A DNA stretch of 64,000 nt from Bacteroidota bacterium (GTDB taxonomy: Bacteria > Bacteroidota > Bacteroidia > 2-12-FULL-35-15). Every line of letters starts with the position of its first letter. Within the stretch, counting starts at the first letter, position 1. The stretch covers positions 27,811 to 91,810 of the forward strand of contig PLYN01000058.1 of assembly GCA_003151815.1 (NCBI GenBank), given 5' to 3'. Below, piece by piece: positions 55,726 to 64,000 of the stretch. The notes below the pieces were generated by a model. The model was not told the DNA's origin. It was given only the letters and a program-made list of their open reading frames with translations, and ran no database searches. Position numbers and translations under genes: made by a program.

Positions 55726-56199
55726 ATGACAATCAATCAAATTACCCCTTGCTTATGGTTTGATACCCAAGCCGAAGAAGCCGCTAATTTATATGTATCT
55801 ATCTTCAAAAATTCAAAAATAACTAGTGTTAGCCGCTATGGAAAAGAAGGTTTTGAATTTCACCATATGCCTGAAGGTACAGCATTAACAGTGGCATTTC
55901 AATTAGACGGACAATCTTTTACAGCTTTAAATGGTGGTCCGATCTTTAAATTCAATGAAGCAATTTCATTTCAGGTAAGTTGCGAAACGCAAGCAGAGAT
56001 CGATCACTTTTGGGAAAAATTATCTGAAGGCGGCTCTGAAGGACAATGCGGATGGTTGAAAGACAAATATGGCTTATCATGGCAAATTATCCCTACCATA
56101 CTTGGAAAATTAATGAGCGACCCTGCAAAAGCCGGAAAAGTTATGAAGGTGTTTTTGCAAATGAAGAAATTCGATATTGAGAAATTAATGCAGGCATAA
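55726..56199 (+). CDS. VOC-family protein (3-demethylubiquinone-9 3-methyltransferase-domain / PhnB-like)
   Basis: MTINQITPCLWFDTQAEEAANLYVSIFKNSKI...WGLSWQI. I prefer the ATG at 55726, downstream of the repeat. Confidence 0.8.
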   Translation: MTINQITPCLWFDTQAEEAANLYVSIFKNSKITSVSRYGKEGFEFHHMPEGTALTVAFQLDGQSFTALNGGPIFKFNEAISFQVSCETQAEIDHFWEKLSEGGSEGQCGWLKDKYGLSWQIIPTILGKLMSDPAKAGKVMKVFLQMKKFDIEKLMQA

Positions 56200-56214
56200 A
56201 ATAATTTTAGCAAA

Positions 56215-56562
56215 ATGGATAAAATTACTGCTCCCGATATTGATACCTACATTGCCGGTTTTCCAAAGGATATCCAAAAACTTTTGAAGCAGGTTCGCGC
56301 AACTGTCAAGAAGGTTGCACCCGAAGCAAAAGAGAGAATTAGTTATGGAATGCCCGCTTTTACATTAAACGGGAGTTCCGTTTATTTTGCAGCTTTTAAA
56401 AAACATATTGGATTTTATCCCGCACCAAAAGGGATTGAGGAGTTTCAAAAAGAATTATCACAGTATAAAGGCGGCAAAGGTTCAGTTCAATTTCCATTTG
56501 ACCAACCTATTCCGCTTGACTTAATAAGTAGAATAGTGAAATTCAGATTCAAGAAAAAATAA
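56215..56562 (+). CDS. DUF1801 (YdhG-like) domain protein
   Basis: IDTYIAGFPKDIQKLLKQVRATVKKVAPEAKERISYGMPAF...KHIGFYP. Confidence 0.8.
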   Translation: MDKITAPDIDTYIAGFPKDIQKLLKQVRATVKKVAPEAKERISYGMPAFTLNGSSVYFAAFKKHIGFYPAPKGIEEFQKELSQYKGGKGSVQFPFDQPIPLDLISRIVKFRFKKK

Positions 56563-56595
56563 AAATGCCGGCGAAGATTTCCGCCGGCATTTTAT
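56562..56595. terminator. bidirectional intrinsic terminator
   Basis: 10-bp perfect GC-rich stem aatgccggcg/cgccggcatt with an 8-nt loop. An A-run precedes it and a T-run follows. It lies between convergent genes. Confidence 0.7.
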
Positions 56596-56613
56596 TATAA
56601 TTTTAATCATTTA

Positions 56614-58242
56614 TTAAGCCTTAACTGCGTCCGGTCTTAGCATTCTGCGAAGAATTTTTCCGATCGGAGTTTTTGGCAGATCATCTCTGAATTCAATAGC
56701 TTTAGGAACTTTATATCCTGTAAGAAGTTGTTTACAATGTTCCATCAATTCAGCTTCTGTTAATGAAGGATCTTTTTTCACTACGAAGATCTTCACTACT
56801 TCTCCCGATTTTGCATCTTCAATACCAATACATGCAGCTTCCATTACTTTCGGATGCATTACAACTATTTCTTCCACTTCATTCGGATAAACATTGAAAC
56901 CCGAAACAATGATCATATCTTTTTTACGATCTACAATTTTAAAATAACCATCTTCGCTAACTACTCCTACATCACCTGTTTTCAACCAACCATCCGCAGT
57001 CATAACTTTCGCTGTTTCATCAGGTCTGTTGTAGTATCCTTGCATTACTTGCGGACCTTTCACCCATATCTCGCCGGCTTCGCCCTGAGCAACTTCAACT
57101 CCGTCATCATCCATTAATTTAACTTCTGTTGATGGCATCGGGATACCTATTGTTCCTACTCTTTCTGTTCCATCAATTTTATTACAAGTAACAACAGGAG
57201 AAGTTTCTGTTAAACCATAGCCCTCCACCAAAGAAGTTCCTGTTACTTTTTTCCAAAGATCAGCCACCGGTTTTTGAACAGCGGTAGCACCGCCAATAAC
57301 ACCTTTCAAGGTACTGAAATCTAATTTTTGAAACTCCGGATCGTTGGCAAGTGTATTAAACAAAGTATTTACACCTGTTAAGAAAGTAAGTTTACTTGTA
57401 GATAATGTTTTTACAAATCCTGGAATATCACGAGGATTAGCAATTAATATATTTTTACCTCCATTGGCGATATACCCAATAAAATTAACTGTTAAAGAAA
57501 ATATATGATAAAGGGGAAGTGGCGTAACGATGATTTCTTTTCCTTCAATTGTTCTGATAGAATTTAATGAAGATGTTTGTTCAACATTCGCTAAAACATT
57601 GCGATGCGTCAACACTGCACCTTTTGAAACACCTGTTGTTCCACCTGTATATTGCAAGAAAGCAATATCCGAAGATTTTGTTTCTACAGCAGTAAATTTA
57701 TTTGCTGGTATATCAGCAACAACATCTCTGAAACTGATTCCTCCTTCATAAGGCATTGGTGATGCAGGAGTTGGGAATAGATCCGTTGCTTCAGCAATGA
57801 TAACCGTTTTGATATCAGTATTGGCAACGATGCTTTTTAATACCGGAGCGAAAGGTGAAAAAATAACGATGGCTTTAGCGCCTGAATCTTTGAACTGATG
57901 TTCCATTTCTCTGGCAGTATACAATGGATTGGTATTAACTACAACCAACCCCGCTAACATAGAACCATATATTGCAATCGGATAAGAAAGAATATTTGGC
58001 ATTTGTAATGCAATTCTATCTCCCGGTTTTAAATCCGTATTGGTTTGTAAATAAGCAGCAAAATTATGTGCCAAACGGTCAAAATTTTTGAACGTTACCG
58101 GAACACCCATACTTTCAAGGGCTACATTGTCTGCAAACTTTTTAGTACTCAGTTCAAATAATTCAACGATACTTTTATATTTATCAGGATTGATCTCTGC
58201 GGGTACTCCTTCAGGATACTGTTTTAACCATGTTTTTTCCAT
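56614..58242 (-). CDS. fadD: long-chain-fatty-acid--CoA ligase
   Basis: The N-terminus MEKTWLKQYPEGVPAEINPDKYKSIVELFE parallels E. coli FadD. AMP-binding motif YTGGTTGVSKG, plus GYGLTE. Confidence 0.9.
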   Translation of the reverse strand: MEKTWLKQYPEGVPAEINPDKYKSIVELFELSTKKFADNVALESMGVPVTFKNFDRLAHNFAAYLQTNTDLKPGDRIALQMPNILSYPIAIYGSMLAGLVVVNTNPLYTAREMEHQFKDSGAKAIVIFSPFAPVLKSIVANTDIKTVIIAEATDLFPTPASPMPYEGGISFRDVVADIPANKFTAVETKSSDIAFLQYTGGTTGVSKGAVLTHRNVLANVEQTSSLNSIRTIEGKEIIVTPLPLYHIFSLTVNFIGYIANGGKNILIANPRDIPGFVKTLSTSKLTFLTGVNTLFNTLANDPEFQKLDFSTLKGVIGGATAVQKPVADLWKKVTGTSLVEGYGLTETSPVVTCNKIDGTERVGTIGIPMPSTEVKLMDDDGVEVAQGEAGEIWVKGPQVMQGYYNRPDETAKVMTADGWLKTGDVGVVSEDGYFKIVDRKKDMIIVSGFNVYPNEVEEIVVMHPKVMEAACIGIEDAKSGEVVKIFVVKKDPSLTEAELMEHCKQLLTGYKVPKAIEFRDDLPKTPIGKILRRMLRPDAVKA

Positions 58243-58439
58243 TTGCTTCTGTTTTGTTTTAAAGGTGTCTATTAATTAAGGAGGTTGAATGAGTTTCAAC
58301 GATGAATTAGTTGAAATTCATGACAAAAATAACACTATATTCATATAAATAAAATTTGATTTGAATTTTACCATTTAAGTATTGTGTTATACCAATTAGT
58401 ATGGTAGAATAATGAAATCGAGGATTAACATATTGAGAA

Positions 58440-59723
58440 TTAAATCTCTTCAATCTCAAAACCAACCTTTTTCAAGTCCTTCCAAAAATCTGGGTAAGAT
58501 TTTTTTACAACTTCGGGATGATCAATGGTAATTGAATCCTGAATCATTGCCAAAGGTGCAAATGCCATTGCCATGCGATGGTCCTCATACGTTGCAATAG
58601 GAGAAGATTGTTGAACCAATTGTTTTGTGTTGATCTTGATCTTATCATCATTTACAATTTCTACTTCAACACCTATTTTAGCCAACTCATTTTTAAGAGC
58701 CAAGGTTCTGTCGGTTTCTTTTATTCGGAGAGTATGTAAGCCAGTAAATGTTGAGGGTATTCCTAAAGCACCAACCACAACAGCAACTGTTTGGGCTATG
58801 TCTGGAGAAGCATAAAAATTATACGTAAAAACACTTTCTTTTTGCCCTCCTTTTGTTAAAAGAATACCACCATCAATATATTTCGTCTCTACCCCAAAAT
58901 TATGAGAACATATACCATTTACAATATCATCACCCTGTAAACTATTTTGTTTTAATCCTTTAATAGAGAAGTTGTCAATTTTTTTTGCTAATGCAGCAAA
59001 GGCATACCAATACGAAGCAGAACTCCAATCTCCTTCTACTTCATATATATAATCTTTGGTTTTAATATGATAATCTTCTCTTTTAATAATAATTGAATCG
59101 CCAACAGATTTATAAAACCAATTAAGAAAAGTTATGCCAAATTCTTCCATCATTTTTCTGGTCATATTAATATAGGGGACTGACGTAGTTACAGCATCAT
59201 TAAATTTTAAAGTCAATCCATTTCGTAATGTGGGAGCAACAAGTAATAATGCTGTTATATATTGACTACTCACATTCCCATCGATCAATACTTCACCACC
59301 ATCCAATTCTTTTCCTTTTATTCTTAATGGCGGATATCCTTCTTTTTCAGCGTATTCAATATCAGCACCCAGATCGCGTAAAGCATCAACCAATATTTTG
59401 ATTGGACGATTTTTCATACGCTCCGAACCTGTCAGAATACAATTAACACCTTTTCTGGTTGCCAGAAATGCAGTTAGAAAACGCATCGTAGTTCCGGCAG
59501 CACCCACATCATACGTTTCAATTTCTATTGAAGTATTGGCTTTAACCTTAGCAAGTATTTCTTTTAAAACCCTTGTATCTTCGGCCGTAGCAAGGTTTTT
59601 TATTTCAAATTTTTCTTCACACAAAGCTTGAATAATAAGCGCACGATTGCTCTCGCTTTTGGAAGCGGTCAACTCAATACAACCTTTCAATACTTTTGTT
59701 GGGTGACTAATACGGTAACTCAT
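58440..59723 (-). CDS. aroA: 3-phosphoshikimate 1-carboxyvinyltransferase
   Basis: LTASKSESNRALI, GAAGTTMRF, RMKNRPI and DHRMAMAFA. Confidence 0.95.
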   Translation of the reverse strand: MSYRISHPTKVLKGCIELTASKSESNRALIIQALCEEKFEIKNLATAEDTRVLKEILAKVKANTSIEIETYDVGAAGTTMRFLTAFLATRKGVNCILTGSERMKNRPIKILVDALRDLGADIEYAEKEGYPPLRIKGKELDGGEVLIDGNVSSQYITALLLVAPTLRNGLTLKFNDAVTTSVPYINMTRKMMEEFGITFLNWFYKSVGDSIIIKREDYHIKTKDYIYEVEGDWSSASYWYAFAALAKKIDNFSIKGLKQNSLQGDDIVNGICSHNFGVETKYIDGGILLTKGGQKESVFTYNFYASPDIAQTVAVVVGALGIPSTFTGLHTLRIKETDRTLALKNELAKIGVEVEIVNDDKIKINTKQLVQQSSPIATYEDHRMAMAFAPLAMIQDSITIDHPEVVKKSYPDFWKDLKKVGFEIEEI

Positions 59724-60808
59724 TTCGACTTAATTTGTTCTGAATAATAATTAAGCGATTCTTTGATAAGGTCGGCTGTAGCCCCTGCATTTATTTTGCA
59801 TTTGCCTATTGCTGATAATAATGAAAAATTAATCTTTCCTTTTTCATTTTTTTTATCGTGCTGCATCAATTCAAGAAATCGGCTATAATTATTTTCCTTT
59901 ATTTTTACCGGCTTGTAAACCGATAAAATAAATGTTGTTATTTCTTTCAACTCTTTACCGGAAAGTCCTGATACTTTATTTGATAAATATGCTTCACAGA
60001 TCATCCCAACAGCTATTGCTTCGCCATGCAACAATGGAGCTTGATTTTCCTGTTCTAAAAAATGTGTTTCAATAGCATGGCCAATGGTATGTCCAAAATT
60101 CAACGTTTTCCGCATATTTTTTTCAAATGGATCGGCCAACACAACTTTGTTCTTTATTTTAATGGAAGTATCAATAAGCTTGGTCAAATTTTCAAGATTA
60201 GAGAAATCAACTTTTTTAATTTGTTTCCAATAATCTGCATCGGAGATCAACGCATGCTTGATCATTTCAGCAAAGCCCGAAACTACCTGCCGTTCTTCAA
60301 GTGTATTCAAAAAGGCAGGGTCGACAAATACAGCGAGAGGATTATTAAACACGCCTATTTCATTTTTCAGGTGATTCAGATCAATACCTAATTTACCGCC
60401 AACTGAGGCATCTACCTGGGAAAGTAGCGTTGTAGGGATATTTATGAATCCGATACCGCGTTTAAAAGTGGAAGCAATAAAACCACCCATATCGCCAATT
60501 ACGCCACCGCCAATATTTACAAATAGTGATTGTCTGTCGGCAGAATATTCACTTAATGTAGACCAAATTTGTACGCAAACCTCAATGTTCTTATTTTCTT
60601 CGCCACTCTCAATTTCAATGATTTCGGCATCTGCAAATGCAGGAACATTTGCAACCAATTGCGGATAACAATGTTTCAAGGTGTTTTCATCAACCAAAAT
60701 AAAAATCTTGGAATACTTATTTTTGTTGACTTTAAAAAATTGGTTGATTTCTCTGGTGATACCATTCGATACAAAAACCGAATAATTATTTGCTTTAATT
60801 TCTGTCAT
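59720..60808 (-). CDS. aroB: 3-dehydroquinate synthase
   Basis: GGGVIGDMGGF, IPTTLLSQVDASVGGK and NFGHTIGHAIE. I prefer the ATG at 60808 (MTEIKANNY), because the longer ORF-track form overlaps the next gene. Confidence 0.9.
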   Translation of the reverse strand: MTEIKANNYSVFVSNGITREINQFFKVNKNKYSKIFILVDENTLKHCYPQLVANVPAFADAEIIEIESGEENKNIEVCVQIWSTLSEYSADRQSLFVNIGGGVIGDMGGFIASTFKRGIGFINIPTTLLSQVDASVGGKLGIDLNHLKNEIGVFNNPLAVFVDPAFLNTLEERQVVSGFAEMIKHALISDADYWKQIKKVDFSNLENLTKLIDTSIKIKNKVVLADPFEKNMRKTLNFGHTIGHAIETHFLEQENQAPLLHGEAIAVGMICEAYLSNKVSGLSGKELKEITTFILSVYKPVKIKENNYSRFLELMQHDKKNEKGKINFSLLSAIGKCKINAGATADLIKESLNYYSEQIKSK

Positions 60809-60854
60809 AAAACTTATTGAAGCGGCAAATGTAATAAGAATTAGCAATAAAAAT

Positions 60855-61427
60855 CTAAAAAGCCCTGATTGCACGGACAGCATTAGGCATACTTATATTG
60901 ATGTCTTGGCGACCATTTCCAAAATCCTGAAACCAGGTAACGTCATTTTTATAAATGGTAGAAGTCCAATAATAATTATAAGAAAAACCACCAACTAGAT
61001 TTCTTCTAATATACAATAAACTTAATTCTAATTTTGAAGGTAAGTACCAATCATCATATTTCACCCCATCTATCTTTACAGAATACTCTTTGCATAGTTT
61101 GGCAGCAAAAGTAACATCAGGTGGCACTCCTTTATAACCCAAAATAATATCTGTATTTTTTAAACCTGATCCAACTCCGTCTCCTGTAGTAACATTAATT
61201 CCACCAAACCACCTCAATCCTTTATCCTGATCTTCGAGAGCTGCTATTAAACCATGCTCTCCCCTGCCATATACAAAAAACACAATGCCACCTCCAAAGC
61301 TTTCGCCAATTCTGTGGGTAACAGTCCGGGAATATTTTTCAAATTTACTATCTTGACCATATAAGAAGCCATTAAACATATCGCCCCTTAACGATAATAC
61401 TAATAATACTATAAAAAGTTTTTTCAT
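60855..61427 (-). CDS. secreted DUF1566 (Lcl C-terminal domain-like) protein
   Basis: Signal peptide, GGGIVFFV, GLIAA, DDWYLPSKLEL, YWTST and VRAIRAF. Confidence 0.7.
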   Translation of the reverse strand: MKKLFIVLLVLSLRGDMFNGFLYGQDSKFEKYSRTVTHRIGESFGGGIVFFVYGRGEHGLIAALEDQDKGLRWFGGINVTTGDGVGSGLKNTDIILGYKGVPPDVTFAAKLCKEYSVKIDGVKYDDWYLPSKLELSLLYIRRNLVGGFSYNYYWTSTIYKNDVTWFQDFGNGRQDINISMPNAVRAIRAF

Positions 61428-61567
61428 ATTATTTGTTTTTCAATTATTAAAAATTGGAAGAATAATTTATCTTAACACAATGGAAAATTACAATATTATT
61501 TTATAAAATAAAACTTTTTTTACCTCAATAGATTTTTTATCCATCAATGCCTTGATATCATTTTATA

Positions 61568-64000
61568 TTAACGATTACAAATCCCTTTAAAAGCGCAATA
61601 TTTACAATTATCAATATCTATAGTTTGAGAAAATTCAGTTTCAGGATCAAATATCTCGGAAAGAATGTTTCTCAATTGTTCTTCAAACAAGCTTAAAACA
61701 GATACGTCCAACATATCATTGTTATTTATTTTAACCGTTTTTAATCCTGCACTCAATTCACGAAAGGTAATAATTCCCGAAACCATATTATCTTTAATTG
61801 CCGGATTCATCTTTTGATACATCCATGCATACATCAATAATTGAAAACTTTTTGAAAGTCCGGCATCATTTGTCAATTCGCCCCATTCAACCAGTTTTAA
61901 CTCTTTATCTTCAGCTTTACCTGTTTTATAATCGATTATACGATGGAGAGAACCAACATTATCGATCCTGTCGGCTTTACCATGCAATTTTATTTTTTGA
62001 TCCTGAATAGTTATTGTTGTTTCAAGTGGTTGCTCTAATGTTTTAATAATGAAAGGTGTTCCTTCTTTTTCTGATTTGGTAACGCTTTTAATTTCAGAAT
62101 TTAAAAAATTATTTAAAAATTTCAATGCAACTTTAACAGTCAGATAATTTTTTCCATAGCTTATTTCGCTTTTACTGTATTCTTTCTCAAAGGTTGAGAT
62201 GGTAAGCGCTTCCAACTCTTGCTTCATTCCTTTTATGTTAGCTACGCTCAACTTTTTTCCAACAAAAGGTTGATATAATTTTTCCAATACTTCATGGATC
62301 GAATTTCCTAATGTATCTGCTCCAATGGTTTCTTCCACCTCATCTGCTTCTTTCAATCCTGCAATGGCTTGAAAATAAAATTGCAACGAGCAGTTACGAT
62401 AGGTATTTAATAACGATGGAGAAAAACCTTTTTGGGCTTTTTCATTTAATGTTTCAATTATTTTTTTTGTTTTGTGTATACGTATAAGATCTCCTGTATT
62501 ATCAATATTTACAGGGATGTTTACCAATTTCTCTTCAATCACCACCTGCTTATTTATTTTCGGAAGTTCATGAATAAGTTGGGTCAGAAAACGGCTTTTT
62601 TCTCCACTGCCAAGTGCATCATTTTCGGTATTGTACAACAAATAAATTGTTGTAGCCCTTTGCAATAAACGATAAAAGTGATACGCAAAAATGGCGTCCT
62701 TATCGCTATAAGTGGGCAATCCAAAATAACGCTTCAACTCAAACGGGATAAATGAATTCACCGTTTTACCGGATGGCAATATATCTTCGTTGCAGGATAA
62801 TAAAATAACATTTTCAAAATCAAGTGTTCGCGTTTCCAACATACCCATCACCTGTAAACCCATTAAAGGCTCGCCATAAAAAGGTAAGGTGGTACTACGG
62901 GCAATTTGTTTAAAAATAGTTTGTAAGGTTTTCAGATCCGTGATGCTGCTCGGATAATCGAACTGCAATGCCTGTATCCTTTTAATGATTTTTGTGAAAG
63001 CAAACAAATATTCGAGCTCCAGATTAGCTTTGTTTGCAGCATCTTTGCCTTGTTGCGCAATGATGGAGTTTTTTAATGTATCAATTAAATAGTTGACACA
63101 AGCAATCGCATCAGCAGGTTCATTCCAATAATTGAAAACCGGTTTTAATATTTTTAATAATGCTGATTGCTTTTCTATAATTATATTCTCTATAGTAGAA
63201 AGTGCTGCGAAAACAATATTTCTGTCCTGTATCGCTTTAACGATGGGTTTAATGGAATGATAGGATGTTCCTGCAGGCATCGAAATCAAAAGACTCGTAT
63301 AGGGATGGCTTAACAGGTTCAATAGATCTTTGTGATAAAAACTATATTTGGTTTTGCCCTGACTTAATTTTATAGCATTGATATGAAGATTAAATACCAA
63401 ATCAAAATATCCTGAAAGGGGCGTATTTTTTAGCGGATATCCCATCGTAACATTTATATCCTGCAAATTTTCAGGAAGCGAATGCAAAACAGGAAACAAC
63501 AAATTTTCGTCGGCAAGCACCAAAGCGGTATTTTGTAAACTGATGTTTTGTTTTTGAAATTCAGCTACTAAATTACCTGCAACCTTTGCTTGTGCAACAT
63601 TTTTAGCAGCCCCGATAATGGTAATATGTTTTTTTTCTGTTGAAAGTAAATTCTCCTCGATCACAAGATTTTTATCTGTTGCGCCCTTTCCCGATCTGAA
63701 GTTCCCCTTTTCATTATACTTCCGAATGAACTTACCCGCCTCCTGTTTTACATCATTAATGTAATAAGCATCGGTATCCCAAATGATCTCGGCCTTTCCG
63801 CTGTTCAATAACTTTTCAATGATCTGTTCTTCGGCTTTGTTGAGCGCATTAAAACCGGCAAAAATTATTTTTTTCCAGGGATGTTTATTTACTCTTTCTT
63901 CAGTATTTTCGGCAACAATTTTATAAGCCAATCCTTGATATGCCTGATGTTTATTTAATAATCGTTTGGAAAAATCAAAATAATAAGCTCCTAACGATTG
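61568..64000 (-). CDS. PD-(D/E)XK nuclease family protein, AddB-like (5' end beyond the window)
   Basis: The reading frame stays open upstream of the TTG used by the ORF track, through to position 64000. C-terminal nuclease region (RIDY-type D...D.K) with CKYCAFKGIC (CX2CX5C iron-staple motif). Confidence 0.75.
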   Translation of the reverse strand, partial: QSLGAYYFDFSKRLLNKHQAYQGLAYKIVAENTEERVNKHPWKKIIFAGFNALNKAEEQIIEKLLNSGKAEIIWDTDAYYINDVKQEAGKFIRKYNEKGNFRSGKGATDKNLVIEENLLSTEKKHITIIGAAKNVAQAKVAGNLVAEFQKQNISLQNTALVLADENLLFPVLHSLPENLQDINVTMGYPLKNTPLSGYFDLVFNLHINAIKLSQGKTKYSFYHKDLLNLLSHPYTSLLISMPAGTSYHSIKPIVKAIQDRNIVFAALSTIENIIIEKQSALLKILKPVFNYWNEPADAIACVNYLIDTLKNSIIAQQGKDAANKANLELEYLFAFTKIIKRIQALQFDYPSSITDLKTLQTIFKQIARSTTLPFYGEPLMGLQVMGMLETRTLDFENVILLSCNEDILPSGKTVNSFIPFELKRYFGLPTYSDKDAIFAYHFYRLLQRATTIYLLYNTENDALGSGEKSRFLTQLIHELPKINKQVVIEEKLVNIPVNIDNTGDLIRIHKTKKIIETLNEKAQKGFSPSLLNTYRNCSLQFYFQAIAGLKEADEVEETIGADTLGNSIHEVLEKLYQPFVGKKLSVANIKGMKQELEALTISTFEKEYSKSEISYGKNYLTVKVALKFLNNFLNSEIKSVTKSEKEGTPFIIKTLEQPLETTITIQDQKIKLHGKADRIDNVGSLHRIIDYKTGKAEDKELKLVEWGELTNDAGLSKSFQLLMYAWMYQKMNPAIKDNMVSGIITFRELSAGLKTVKINNNDMLDVSVLSLFEEQLRNILSEIFDPETEFSQTIDIDNCKYCAFKGICNR

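Noticed and set aside
60809-60883. Longer aroB ORF start (MLSVQSGLFRFLLLILITF...).
   Set aside because: The extension overlaps the 3' end of the DUF1566 gene and is not AroB-like. The ATG at 60808 gives a normal AroB N-terminus. The same reasoning applies to the ruvC extension (29737-29781), the thiD extension (20114-20152) and the VOC extension (55639-55725).

Overview
This is a 64-kb chromosomal window from a low-GC bacterium, most likely Bacteroidota. Several things point there: TAnnTTTG-type -7 promoter boxes, a GxxExxY gene, DUF5011, DUF6580 and DUF1566 lipoproteins, a fused-type 2-oxoacid dehydrogenase E1, a PcrB/GGGPS homolog, and weak or absent Shine-Dalgarno sequences. No database or RNA-model search was run. 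All family names come from motifs I recognised in the translations.

Gene content, left to right:
- 1-2 kb: truncated E1 dehydrogenase, then two tandem Ala-rich lipoproteins.
- 2-9 kb: two DUF5011 lipoproteins, an LTA-synthase-family sulfatase, a DAG-kinase-like lipid kinase, lepB and WbqC.
- 8.7-10.2 kb: a small accessory islet with a HigB/HigA-type TA pair, a repeat protein and a gene fragment.
- 10-16 kb: acyl-CoA carboxyltransferase and several housekeeping or hypothetical genes.
- 16.9-24.1 kb: a thiamine cluster (thiC-HNH-thiE-like-thiD-thiE-thiG-[GxxExxY pseudogene]-thiH) interrupted by selfish-looking inserts.
- 24-30 kb: a convergent GGGPS + ThiE/TenI-like pair, then ahcY, greA, HIT and ruvC.
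- 29.8-46.6 kb: a large envelope-glycosylation region holding a UPF0104 flippase-like protein, a QxxRW GT2, an orphan OppC-like permease, a split transketolase, an SDR-GT2 fusion, an ArnT/PMT-like GT-C, a second SDR + GT2 pair, a GT8, three methyltransferases and an 869-aa polytopic LamG protein. It ends at an IS5-family transposase relic.
- 47-64 kb: DUF3127, flavin reductase, thrA-thrB-[SMR + reductase]-thrC, a nonsense-mutated SRPBCC gene, VOC, DUF1801, fadD, aroA-aroB, DUF1566 and a truncated AddB-like nuclease.

At least four families of palindromic intergenic repeats are visible, and they overlap gene starts and stops. No rRNA, tRNA or CRISPR was seen.

The best candidate for an undescribed system is the duplicated polyprenyl-phosphate glycosylation island at 33.2-46.6 kb. 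The next most interesting observation is that small gene cassettes sit inside palindromic repeat arms.
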